Under the pieces are notes generated by a model that was given only the letters and a program-made list of their open reading frames with translations, had not been told where the DNA came from and ran no database searches. Below are positions 9,760 through 18,851 of a DNA stretch of 61,863 nt, in pieces (within the stretch, counting starts at the first letter, position 1; the number at the start of each line of letters is the position of its first letter). Position numbers and translations under genes: made by a program. Source of the stretch: Candidatus Campbellbacteria bacterium. Its GTDB lineage: Bacteria; Patescibacteriota; Minisyncoccia; Phycocordibacterales; EsbW-18. The stretch spans positions 79,553 to 141,415 of the forward strand of contig BTUR01000002.1 in assembly GCA_045863475.1 (NCBI GenBank), written 5' to 3'.

Positions 9760-9770
9760 TACGTCTCCTT

Positions 9771-9884
9771 ATGAATCCCGTTAGAATTTGATGTTTGTTA
9801 GCGTATAATCGTGACAATCAGTAAAGACCAGTGACTTGTGTAGTAGTAAATAGTAATTACACCTTTAATTTCTAACGGGATGAA
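9771..9884 (+). repeat. Type A start-codon inverted-repeat element, copy A2, at the VKOR-like gene start
   Basis: IR TCCCGTTAGAA (9776-9786) and TTCTAACGGGA (9870-9880). ATGAA at 9771-9775 and 9880-9884. The left ATG opens a 6-codon ORF, MNPVRI. Confidence 0.8.
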
Positions 9885-10278
9885 AAACGCATTATTCCTG
9901 CTCTCACTCGCCGGTGCTACGTTCTCCGGCTATCTCAGCGGTGTAAAGCTCTTTTCAAAAACGTGTGCCTTCGGCGAAACGTGCCCAATCTTTTGGGGCT
10001 ATCCGGCGTGCTATTACGGCTTCGCCCTCTTTTTTATACTTCTTATTCTCTCCTCACTGCTTCTGTGGAGCGACAGTGCTGCTCGTAAGAAAGTCAATGC
10101 GATTGCGGCAACATCGCTTGTAGGTGTGCTGTTCTCGGGATACTTCTCGTACCTTGAACTGCCGAACCTGCTTTCCGGGGCAGTATCCTACACCCTTGGC
10201 GTCTCCACGTGCCTCTTGGGGTTCATTTTCTTCATCATAATCTTCATCGTTTCTTTATTCGCCCGAAAAAGGATATAA
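9880..10278 (+). CDS. VKOR-like integral membrane protein (possible DsbB-type partner)
   Basis: Four hydrophobic segments, with Cys pairs in KTCAFGETCP and PACYYG. Confidence 0.55.
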   Translation: MKNALFLLSLAGATFSGYLSGVKLFSKTCAFGETCPIFWGYPACYYGFALFFILLILSSLLLWSDSAARKKVNAIAATSLVGVLFSGYFSYLELPNLLSGAVSYTLGVSTCLLGFIFFIIIFIVSLFARKRI

Positions 10279-10355
10279 AAGCCAAAAAAACACGGCACTA
10301 TATGGGGATTTTGGCTACTAGTCAGCCCCAAATGAACACCGTATAATACCTACAT

Positions 10356-11243
10356 ATGAAAAACACAATCATAGCGCTTGCGCTCATTATCATTCTCGTC
10401 GTCGGTGGATACTTCCTGTTCAAACAGGCACCTGAGCCGACGGAACCGACAGACCAGACACCGACTACAACACCGGTAACCGGCCCTGTTGAACAAAAGA
10501 CCGAGACGGTCATCGGCGACTCAGTCCAGGGTCGCGATATCGTTGCGTACCACTACGGCGAAGGAGACACTAAGTTGCTGTTCGTCGGCGGTATCCACGG
10601 TGGCTACGAGTGGAACACGGTGCTTGTTGCACGCGAACTCATGGAGTACCTCGATGAGAACGAAAGTGCAATCCCTGAGGGTGTTGAGGTAACCGTCGTT
10701 CCGGTACTCAACCCAGACGGTCTCGCAAAAGTCGTCTCCGATATCGATGACTTTGCAGCAGCAGACGTCGCAGCTTCACAAGACGTTGTTGTTTCAGGCC
10801 GCTTCAATGCAAACAATGTTGATCTCAACCGAAACTTTGACTGCGGCTGGCAGGCAACGGGTGTATGGCAGAACAAGCCGGTTTCAGGCGGATCAAAAGC
10901 GTTTTCTGAGCCGGAAAGCCGCGCAATGCGTGATTTCGTAGCTTCGTACCAGCCGGATGCAGTCGTCGTTTGGTACAGCGCCGCAGGAGGCGTGTACGCT
11001 TCGACCTGCGATGGCAAACCGGTGGCGGCAGAAACCACGACGCTCACCAACACGTTCGCCACTGCGTCAGGCTACCCGGCATTCCAGAGCTTTGACTTCT
11101 ACGAGACGACCGGCGACATGGTCAACTGGCTCGCAAAGAACAACATTCCGGCCATCAGCGTCTTACTGACGAACCACACCGACATTGAGTGGACCAAGAA
11201 CCTTGCAGGTGCAGAAGCGGTTCTGGAACTCTACGCAAAATAA
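10356..11243 (+). CDS. M14-family zinc carboxypeptidase, membrane anchored
   Basis: GGIHGGYEWNT, NPDG and DLNRNF motifs plus an N-terminal anchor. Confidence 0.75.
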   Translation: MKNTIIALALIIILVVGGYFLFKQAPEPTEPTDQTPTTTPVTGPVEQKTETVIGDSVQGRDIVAYHYGEGDTKLLFVGGIHGGYEWNTVLVARELMEYLDENESAIPEGVEVTVVPVLNPDGLAKVVSDIDDFAAADVAASQDVVVSGRFNANNVDLNRNFDCGWQATGVWQNKPVSGGSKAFSEPESRAMRDFVASYQPDAVVVWYSAAGGVYASTCDGKPVAAETTTLTNTFATASGYPAFQSFDFYETTGDMVNWLAKNNIPAISVLLTNHTDIEWTKNLAGAEAVLELYAK

Positions 11244-11259
11244 TTTTCTCGTCTCTTCA

Positions 11260-12135
11260 ATGCTGTTTCTATCTCCGAGACGAGTGGTGCTGACGCTCAT
11301 CGCCCTCGCGGCGTTGGGCGTTGGTTTGTATCTCGTACTGCGCAGCAGGGAAGCTGCACCCGAGCCTGCCCCAGAAACTCCGGAACCTGTACATGAAGTC
11401 ATCGGCGCATCCGTTGAAGGACGCCCGATTGACGCGTACACATATGGGGACGGAGAAACGCACCTGCTGTTTGTCGGCGGCATCCACGGCGGCTATGAGT
11501 GGAACAGCGTGCTGCTTGCGTACCAGTTTCTCGACTACTTAAACGCCAACCCGGACTTTGTTCCCGAACACCTCACCGTAAGCGTCATTCCCTCGGCAAA
11601 TCCTGATGGAGTATTCAAGGTAACCGGCGTGGAGGGACGCTTTACCCCCGCCGACGTCACCGGCAATGAAGCCGTGGCCGCGTCGGGCCGGTTTAATGCC
11701 AATGGCGTGGATCTCAACCGCAATTTCGACTGCAAATGGCAACCTGAAAGCACCTGGCGCAGTCAGGTAGTGTCGGCGGGAACAAGTGCGTTTTCCGAAC
11801 CGGAAGCGCGCGCTATCCGCGATTTCGTCTTGAAAAATGACCCCGACGCCGTTGTGTTTTGGCACAGCCAGTCCAATGCGGTCTACGCGTCTGAATGTCA
11901 CGGCGGTATCTTGCCTGAAACACTCTCCGTCATGAACGCATATGCACTCGGTTCAGGATATCCGGCAGTCGCAACCTTTGATGCGTACGAAATCACCGGA
12001 GATGCGGAAGGGTGGCTTGCATCCCAGGGTATACCGTCGGTCACCGTCGAACTCTCAACACATCAAACTATTGAGTGGGAGCGAAACCTCGCCGGTGTTC
12101 AAAAGCTCTTTGAGCTGTACCCGATAGCAAAATAG
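11260..12135 (+). CDS. M14-family zinc carboxypeptidase, tandem paralog
   Basis: Same motif set (GGIHGGYEWNS, NPDG, DLNRNF). The start was moved to MLFLSPRR, after the upstream stop. Confidence 0.75.
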   Translation: MLFLSPRRVVLTLIALAALGVGLYLVLRSREAAPEPAPETPEPVHEVIGASVEGRPIDAYTYGDGETHLLFVGGIHGGYEWNSVLLAYQFLDYLNANPDFVPEHLTVSVIPSANPDGVFKVTGVEGRFTPADVTGNEAVAASGRFNANGVDLNRNFDCKWQPESTWRSQVVSAGTSAFSEPEARAIRDFVLKNDPDAVVFWHSQSNAVYASECHGGILPETLSVMNAYALGSGYPAVATFDAYEITGDAEGWLASQGIPSVTVELSTHQTIEWERNLAGVQKLFELYPIAK

Positions 12136-12141
12136 TTTCTT

Positions 12142-12441
12142 CTAGAACAGCACGATCAGAATCACGAAAAGAAGTGCGGTGACACCGGCAAATGTGCCGA
12201 GTGTTTTGAGGAAGAATGAAAGCGCACCTTGTCGATCACCCGCAAGATACAGCTGCAGCGGTTCCCAGAAAAAGAGGAAGCCCATAAAGGCGACCGAGAA
12301 CACCAAAAGCGAGAGCATCGTTACGGGCATGAGCACATTGTCCTCAGGGCCGGTGAAGCGCTGTCCGTAGAATAAAAAGAGGGAGACCAGCGCAATGTAG
12401 GCAGTCGCCGACAGCGCGTGAATGAGCGGTGATTTTTTCAT
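12142..12441 (-). CDS. Small integral membrane protein
   Basis: 99 aa with three hydrophobic segments. No known motif. Confidence 0.45.
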   Translation of the reverse strand: MKKSPLIHALSATAYIALVSLFLFYGQRFTGPEDNVLMPVTMLSLLVFSVAFMGFLFFWEPLQLYLAGDRQGALSFFLKTLGTFAGVTALLFVILIVLF

Positions 12442-12459
12442 ATCAAAGAGTATAACAAA

Positions 12460-12990
12460 TTAGTACGAGGGCGTCGGCTCCTTTTCGCCCGACTCAAACG
12501 CCGCGAGACGTGCGAGCGCATACAAAAAACTTGAGAGTCGATTAAGGTACTTCCGCGTCGCATCCGATACCGGACGCACCTCTCGCGCGGCGATAACAGC
12601 GCGCTCCACGCGGCGAGAAACCGCCCGCGCGTAATCAAAGAGGGCAGAGAGTTCTGTTGTGCCGGGCACAATAAACGAGTGCGGATTACCGATTGGCTCT
12701 TCAGCACGCGCAATCGCGGCTTCCAGCGCATCCACGTGTTCTTGTGTGAGCGTCTTGTCAGCTCCGGCAACTTCGGCCTGGGCAATAAAGAGACACTGTT
12801 GGACCGCAAGCAGTTCCTCAGGAGCCCCCAGAGAGCGCACGGTGCCCGCTTGAGCTCGGCAGAGTCCAAGGAGGGAGTTGATCTCATCGAGGCTTCCGAG
12901 CGCCTCATACACGGGACTATCCTTCCCAAAGCGCTCTTTTGTGCCCAAAAGACCCGACGTCCCGTCGTCGCCTTTTCGTGTGTACAACAT
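12460..12990 (-). CDS. pduO: ATP:cob(I)alamin adenosyltransferase, PduO/MMAB type
   Basis: The N-terminal YTRKGDDGTS motif and the helical-bundle length are typical of PduO-type ATR. Confidence 0.85.
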   Translation of the reverse strand: MLYTRKGDDGTSGLLGTKERFGKDSPVYEALGSLDEINSLLGLCRAQAGTVRSLGAPEELLAVQQCLFIAQAEVAGADKTLTQEHVDALEAAIARAEEPIGNPHSFIVPGTTELSALFDYARAVSRRVERAVIAAREVRPVSDATRKYLNRLSSFLYALARLAAFESGEKEPTPSY

Positions 12991-13001
12991 AGAGAGGTTA
13001 G

Positions 13002-15353
13002 TTAGGCCGCCTTTGCCTTGGTTTTCGTCGTCTTTGCGATTTCAGGAAGCGGTTCCACTTCACAGGTGCCGCCGGCGCAGGCGAGTTCGCGTTTTTGTTC
13101 GGTGCCGTCGGTTACTTCGTACGTGACGAGTTTTGCGTAATCAATTTCAGGGAATGCGGCAACAATTTCGTCATATCGCTTTTTATCAATCGCTTCGTAC
13201 GGTGCCATTTGATACACGTGGTCAAAGCGGGGAAGGAACGAGAGACCGCCGACGATATCCCAGTTCTTCTGAATCCAATCGACAACCGCAATCCATTCAT
13301 CTTCGCCGACAGAGATCGTTGCAGACGGATTGTGTTCGGTGTAGTTAACCTTTACGTTCTTCCAATACTCAAGCTGTTCAATGGCGGTGAAGTCATCTTT
13401 GTATTTTGAGTGTTCCGGAGACTTCACGGGGAACTCGAGCACGTACGTTGTCGCGTTGTCTACGGTTTGACCGACTTCCGGATAGTGCGGGACACCCTGG
13501 TCACGCATCATCTTGAAGAGCGAGTCTGTTGCTGAGATGCGGATACGACGAATGTAGTATTCAGAGTGACGCGGGTGAATGCCCGAAGAACAGTTGAATG
13601 TCTGCGATACCGTGCCGGAGGGCTTCACTGCGGTCACCGACATCGACGGATTTACACCGAAGCGTTTCGCATACGCTGCGTTGGTTTTCACGGCCGCATC
13701 GCGCATTGCTCGCAGGGTGCTTGGATTGCGCGACTCTTCAGCATCCCACTGACCCGTGACAGACACGCCGAGCAGTGACTCTTCGCGGCAATTATTCGTC
13801 CACTCCTTCGAGATGTACTTAAAGTTTGTCAGTGTTGATTGATAGGTGCCGAGGATTGATGCGAGCTTCGCCTTGCGCACGAGATCTTTTTTTGTGTCGC
13901 CAGCGCGCGCAATAACTTCAGAGAGGTTACAGAATTGCTTCGGCTGGAGAATAATCTCCGCACACGGATTCGTGCCGATAGTTGTCAGCATCACACCGTC
14001 TTCCGTTGCGAGTCCTTTCTTTTGGAAATATTTAAGGCGGCGCTCAGGAAGCGTTTTGTACAGTGACCCGCGGTTAAAGAGACCGCGCTCGCCGGAACCG
14101 CTCTTCATCAACGACACCCACTCTTCCATAAGCTCGGTATTTGTCGGGCGCGTCTCATAGACGGCCGAGTTGTTGGCAACCACACGCCACGGTTCTGTGA
14201 CGTAAAATCGGCCTTTTTTGGCGTCGCGCATGTCCGAATCATCCAAATCAGAGAGGGAAATCATGGCCGTGCGACGGACACCTCCGGCAACGACACACTC
14301 GCCGATTTTGCAGATGATGTCGTGTGCGTCAATTGCGCGCAAACGGCGTCCTTGTCTTTTCAGAATCTTTTCGCGTGCGAATGCGAGCAGGGAACGCAGC
14401 GGTTCCGGACCTGATGCCTTGCCGCCCATAACTTTCAGGCGTGCGCCCGCCGGACGAATCTGTGAGAAATCAAAATCAACGTCTTTTCCGGAGTACCACG
14501 TCCGCAACCCGTGCGTCAGCGAGTCGCACCAACCCTCTTTTGAGTCGGCGATGACGTAGGTCGGCAGTTTTTTACCGAGTTGCTTTTGAATTTGCGGCAA
14601 TTGTTCAACATTTTGGCTCTCAACCGCAAACCCGACACCGCATCCCTGCATGGAGAGGTACATAATCTCCGCAAAATCTTCCAGTTTCGTCGGAGCGGTG
14701 TACGTACAGTTGTATGCACACGTGTTGCATCGGCGCGCCGGTTCTCCGGCGAACTGCATGAGACGCATCGACGGCATCACTTCTTGTTTCAAAATTGCTT
14801 CGCGCACTTCCGCATATTCATTCTCTTTCAATTTCTTACCGAGGTTCTCGCGCATGAACGACATGTACCGGTCGACAGTCTCAACCCATGTCTCACGACG
14901 GTTCTCCGATTCAATCCATCGCGCGTAGGTACGCAAGTACACAAACTCACCGAGCGGATTACCTTCAAAATATTTTTTACTTTCTTCCGCGAGTTTTTTT
15001 ACGTGCTCCGGAATTTCACCTTGTTCGTAACGAATGCGTGAACGCTCAACACGATACAAGATGTATGCTTTTGCAGTCGTCGTAAACCCGAGCAACATGA
15101 GCTCCTTCTCAACTTCGTCCTGAACACCCTCAACACTCGGAATGAAGCCAGCATTGGCTTTTTTTCGGCTCACGAGTGTCTTCTCAACGGCGGCGGCAAC
15201 CTTTTGGGGTGCACCTTCTTTGTACTCTCCAACGGCCTTCATCGCCTTCTCAACAGCAACCGCAATCTTCTCAACCCGAAACGGAACAACGGTTCCGTTT
15301 CGTTTCGTGATTTTCGTAATAGTGCTGCGTCGTGAGAGAATTTTTTTTGCCAT
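13002..15353 (-). CDS. nrdJ: Adenosylcobalamin-dependent ribonucleoside-triphosphate/diphosphate reductase (class II) with an N-terminal ATP-cone
   Basis: ATP-cone (ITKRNGTVVPF), a GTNPCAEI active-site region, and monomeric class II length and architecture. Confidence 0.9.
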   Translation of the reverse strand: MAKKILSRRSTITKITKRNGTVVPFRVEKIAVAVEKAMKAVGEYKEGAPQKVAAAVEKTLVSRKKANAGFIPSVEGVQDEVEKELMLLGFTTTAKAYILYRVERSRIRYEQGEIPEHVKKLAEESKKYFEGNPLGEFVYLRTYARWIESENRRETWVETVDRYMSFMRENLGKKLKENEYAEVREAILKQEVMPSMRLMQFAGEPARRCNTCAYNCTYTAPTKLEDFAEIMYLSMQGCGVGFAVESQNVEQLPQIQKQLGKKLPTYVIADSKEGWCDSLTHGLRTWYSGKDVDFDFSQIRPAGARLKVMGGKASGPEPLRSLLAFAREKILKRQGRRLRAIDAHDIICKIGECVVAGGVRRTAMISLSDLDDSDMRDAKKGRFYVTEPWRVVANNSAVYETRPTNTELMEEWVSLMKSGSGERGLFNRGSLYKTLPERRLKYFQKKGLATEDGVMLTTIGTNPCAEIILQPKQFCNLSEVIARAGDTKKDLVRKAKLASILGTYQSTLTNFKYISKEWTNNCREESLLGVSVTGQWDAEESRNPSTLRAMRDAAVKTNAAYAKRFGVNPSMSVTAVKPSGTVSQTFNCSSGIHPRHSEYYIRRIRISATDSLFKMMRDQGVPHYPEVGQTVDNATTYVLEFPVKSPEHSKYKDDFTAIEQLEYWKNVKVNYTEHNPSATISVGEDEWIAVVDWIQKNWDIVGGLSFLPRFDHVYQMAPYEAIDKKRYDEIVAAFPEIDYAKLVTYEVTDGTEQKRELACAGGTCEVEPLPEIAKTTKTKAKAA

Positions 15354-15687
15354 AGGCCGCGGGGTTGAGCAGTTATGAATAAGTATTCCCTTATGATAGC
15401 GAACACAACCTCAAAAAAATCTGGGGATAATGCGCGACGACGCAAAAGGAATGTAAGGTCAATAGTCCCGCCGAGACGAGTGCTTTTTTTCTTGCTTCTG
15501 GGGTGGCTCAAAAATACTCTCCCGATATTTCATATTTTTTACTAAAATTAACGAAATCGGCCGCGCACCCGGAGAGGGAAGCGCGGTCGTGAAGCACCCT
15601 CCACAGGAAAAATCACCATCTATAGAAGTCTGGAAACTGCAGATATTTGACAAAGTTGTTTTCAATACAGATAACGCACAATATATG

Positions 15688-15715
15688 TTGACTTCCAGAA
15701 GGATGCGCGTACAAT
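15688..15715 (+). promoter_or_regulatory. Sigma-70-like promoter TTGACT-N16-TACAAT
   Basis: TTGACT at 15688-15693 and TACAAT at 15710-15715. No ORF with a coding signature follows. Confidence 0.55.
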
Positions 15716-15721
15716 GCACAC

Positions 15722-16417
15722 CCTGACCAGAGCACTGGCAGGTTGGGTCTGGCCCCTCGCGAGAGGCGCCAACACCTAGCCGGGCAAGCACTGGTTACAC
15801 GGGTACGGGAACGGCAGCGTGGTGCCTCCCAGAAACCTTCGGAGATGCGCAAGCAACTCCAGAGAGAAAACGTGTGTGAGCCAAAAGACCGCCTGATGAA
15901 CAAACGAGTGACCCGGGTGCAAACTCGGCAATCAAACGGAGGTTCCGGTCTGAATCACGCTAGGGATGCATGTTGGCCTGACACTTTGTCGCTCGGCGAC
16001 AAGATCAACATGTATCGTGCGGATACTGTGCGTCGAGGAGACCTAGTCTCCTTGTCCAACAGCCCGCTCCGAAACGAGCCTCGCTTCCCGCCCTTCCTGG
16101 AGGGTTTGAAGTGAAAGCACGTTCGCCTCTGAGGCAAACGAATGCCGATGTGGATCGCTCCGGCGAGACTGCGGCACTTCGGAAAGGTTCTGAGCCGTCC
16201 CAAAACGGTTCAGGGCTCGTAGGGAACAGATGAGGCCTCATCAGGAGGCATCGCTTCGGACTTCGGTTCGATTCGAAAAATCATCTAGAGGCGGCAGGTG
16301 TCCTCATGTTCCCAACGCTTCAATCTACTCCCTTCGGGGATGACAGTAGATATGTTCTTCACCCAGCTGCACAGCAGTCTGGAAGAGACCGACTCACCCG
16401 AGCCGGTCTTTTCTTTT
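15722..16417 (+). ncRNA. Unclassified large structured RNA candidate (about 0.7 kb)
   Basis: It runs from the promoter above to the terminator at 16386-16417. It contains many short GC-rich helices capped by GNRA/UUCG-type loops (GCGA, GCAA, TTCG several times). The only ORFs are Arg-rich shadow ORFs. Confidence 0.5.
16386..16417 (+). terminator. Intrinsic terminator
   Basis: AGACCGACTC (16386-16395) pairs with GAGCCGGTCT (16400-16409), followed by TTTCTTTTG. Confidence 0.7.
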
Positions 16418-16466
16418 GCCTGCTTCACATACATCTCACGACGCGCATGAAGTTGCCCGTGCTAAA

Positions 16467-17078
16467 ATGACGCGCATGGAGCACTCCGGGAAAACCGACA
16501 AGATGCGCGCGATTCGCGACGAATTGCTTTCGTTTTCCTCGTCACCTCTGTACGCATATCGAACAGCAAATAAATATTTTCCGGTCGTCGGTGAAGGCAG
16601 CCACGATGCACACATCATGTTCATCGGCGAGGCACCCGGGAAAAATGAAGCGCAGACGGGAAAACCGTTTTGCGGCGCTGCTGGCAAAATCCTGGACGAA
16701 CTGCTTGCACACATTGGATTGGATCGCGCCACCGTGTACGTCACCAACATCGTGAAAGACCGCCCGCCGGAGAATCGCGACCCGACACCTGAGGAAATTG
16801 AACTCTACGGTCCCTTTCTCGATCGACAAATTGAAATTATTCAACCGAAGGTCATCGCGACCCTCGGACGCTTCTCGATGCAGTACGTCATGGAGCGTTT
16901 GGGCTTAGGGCTCCATGTTGAACCGATTTCAGTCGCTCACGGAAAAATGTATACTGCTGTGACGTCGTACGGTGAAGTAAAGATTGTTCCGCTGTATCAC
17001 CCGGCATCCGCAATTTACTCGCGCGCGTTGTTGCCCACGCATAAAAAAGACATCGAGATTCTCAAACAATTTATATGA
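16467..17078 (+). CDS. udg: Family 4 uracil-DNA glycosylase
   Basis: GEAPG..E and GKPFCGAAGK motifs. The start was moved to the ATG at 16467, because the TTG at 16416 lies inside the terminator. Confidence 0.85.
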   Translation: MTRMEHSGKTDKMRAIRDELLSFSSSPLYAYRTANKYFPVVGEGSHDAHIMFIGEAPGKNEAQTGKPFCGAAGKILDELLAHIGLDRATVYVTNIVKDRPPENRDPTPEEIELYGPFLDRQIEIIQPKVIATLGRFSMQYVMERLGLGLHVEPISVAHGKMYTAVTSYGEVKIVPLYHPASAIYSRALLPTHKKDIEILKQFI

Positions 17079-18850
17079 AGCTACAGACCGAGTGGAATTT
17101 AAAAAAACACTTCTACGCATCACTGCGTGACCCGCGCATCCGACGTGATATAGAAAAAGCAAAACGCATGTACCGCGCGTTTGAGAAAAAATGGCGACAC
17201 AATGACGCGTATCTCAAAAGCGAATCAGCACTCCTGGCCATACTCAAAGACAAAGAAAAAATATTGGACACCGTGGGGCAGGCAAAACCCGCGCACTACC
17301 TTTTTTTTGTAAAAGATTTGGACGCAAAAAACACGGATGCTGTTGCACTGTCCAATAAACTCTCATACGAACTCAAACAAGAGAGCACCCGCATGCTCTT
17401 TTTCACCACAAAGCTCGCAAAAATTCCCGTCGAGCAGCAGAAAAAGTTCCTCAAGAGCGCAAAACTGAAAAAATACCGCTACCTCCTCAAGACCACCTTT
17501 GAGCACGGCAAACACGTGCTGTCAGAACCTGAGGAGCGTATTTCACATTTTCTATCAGAACCCGCAGCGGGGATGTGGGAAGAGGGGGGCGAGCGCATTC
17601 TCAGCTCCATGACGGTCAAATTCAAAGGCAAGGAACTGCCGCTTTCAAAAGCCCGAGAACTTTTAAAAACACTCTCGCGTAAAGACCGTCGAACGCTCGA
17701 CGCACTCATCGTCGAAAAAAACAAACAACATGCCGACTACGCGGAAAACGAGCTCAATGCGCTTGGTGTCTATAGCCGCATTCAGGACGACTTGCGCGGA
17801 TATAAAACGCCGTACGAGGCGACGGTAAGCGGCAACGACAACGATCCGAAGGTGGTTGAGACACTCGTGGCGACAACAACAAAGCACTACAAAATCGTAC
17901 ACCGTTTCAGTGAAGCGAAGCGAAAGCTCTTAAAGCTCAAAAAACTGCAGTACGTTGACCGCCTCGAGAGCATCGGAACCGTGGAAAAGCGTGTGTCATT
18001 TGAACAGGCAGCGCAAATGCTCGTTAAGACACTGGAAGAAATGGATTCGCGATACAAAAAAATATTTATGGACATGCTCGCTGGTGGTCAAATCGACGTC
18101 TACCCGAAATCAGGTAAACGCGGCGGTGCGTACTGCATGAAAATGCTCCAGGGACCAACATTTGTACTTCTCAATCACGTTGATTCACTCAGGTCATACG
18201 CCACGCTCGCGCACGAGATGGGACATGCGATACACAGCGAACGCATACAGGAACAACCGACAATCTACCAAGGGTACTCTACAGCAACCGCAGAAACGGC
18301 GAGTACTTTTTTTGAACACGTCGCACTTGAACGCATCGAATCTGGTTCAAGCGAAAACGAGCGCATCATCATGCTGCATGACCGTATCGACGAAGCAATT
18401 ACGACGGTCTTCCGACAAGTTGCATGTTTCAATTTTGAAAAAGAGATGCACGAGACAATTCGCAAAAACGGCGCCGTCTCAAAACAGGACCTCGCGCGTA
18501 TGATGCAAAAACATCTCTCGGCGTATCTCGGGCCGGCGTACGAAGTAACAGAGGATGACGGGTACGCATATGTCTCCTGGCCGCACATCCGTTCTGATTT
18601 TTATGTGTACACGTACGCATACGGCTTTCTTGTCAGTCAGGCGCTCTACCGAAGATATATGCAAAATCCGGCATTCATCGAGAAAATCGACAAGTTTCTT
18701 TCCGCCGGCGACAGTGATGCCGTCGAAAACATCTTCAAAAGTATCGGCATCGATCTTCACGCAAAAACATTCTGGGAAGAAGGATTGCAAATGATTGAAA
18801 AAGACGTTGCGGAATTTGAGCGATTGGTGCATAAAAAAATCAAAAAATAA
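17075..18850 (+). CDS. pepF: Oligoendopeptidase F (M3B family)
   Basis: HEMGHAIH zinc motif and about 590 aa. The start overlaps the udg stop in an ATGA. Confidence 0.85.
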   Translation: MKLQTEWNLKKHFYASLRDPRIRRDIEKAKRMYRAFEKKWRHNDAYLKSESALLAILKDKEKILDTVGQAKPAHYLFFVKDLDAKNTDAVALSNKLSYELKQESTRMLFFTTKLAKIPVEQQKKFLKSAKLKKYRYLLKTTFEHGKHVLSEPEERISHFLSEPAAGMWEEGGERILSSMTVKFKGKELPLSKARELLKTLSRKDRRTLDALIVEKNKQHADYAENELNALGVYSRIQDDLRGYKTPYEATVSGNDNDPKVVETLVATTTKHYKIVHRFSEAKRKLLKLKKLQYVDRLESIGTVEKRVSFEQAAQMLVKTLEEMDSRYKKIFMDMLAGGQIDVYPKSGKRGGAYCMKMLQGPTFVLLNHVDSLRSYATLAHEMGHAIHSERIQEQPTIYQGYSTATAETASTFFEHVALERIESGSSENERIIMLHDRIDEAITTVFRQVACFNFEKEMHETIRKNGAVSKQDLARMMQKHLSAYLGPAYEVTEDDGYAYVSWPHIRSDFYVYTYAYGFLVSQALYRRYMQNPAFIEKIDKFLSAGDSDAVENIFKSIGIDLHAKTFWEEGLQMIEKDVAEFERLVHKKIKK

Positions 18851-18851
18851 C

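Noticed and set aside
15354-15720. Cobalamin riboswitch or NrdR operator in the nrdJ leader
   Set aside because: No B12 box (GCCACTG-type) or conserved GGTGA...AATCC core was seen on the minus strand. Only one imperfect NrdR-like palindrome (15676-15689) exists, without the usual tandem partner, and it overlaps another promoter.
15459-16241. ORFs from the track in the nrdJ-udg gap (15743-16114 plus strand; 15459-15791, 15613-15903, 15955-16203 and 16005-16241 minus strand)
   Set aside because: They are Arg/Pro/Gly-rich and mutually overlapping on both strands, and lack start context. This is typical of shadow ORFs in GC-rich structured RNA.
15722-16417. RNase P RNA, tmRNA or a group II intron as the identity of the 0.7-kb RNA
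   Set aside because: It has no GGAAAGUCC / ACAGAA P4 strands, no tag reading frame ending in hydrophobic residues plus a stop, no tRNA-like 3' end, and no 34-nt domain V with an AGC triad. At 20 nt, GAGCCGTCCCAAAACGGTTC is too short. A covariance-model search is still needed.
16425-16450. Solo type B right arm (ATCTCACG) upstream of udg
   Set aside because: The match is 8 nt with no partner and no GGGGTA continuation.
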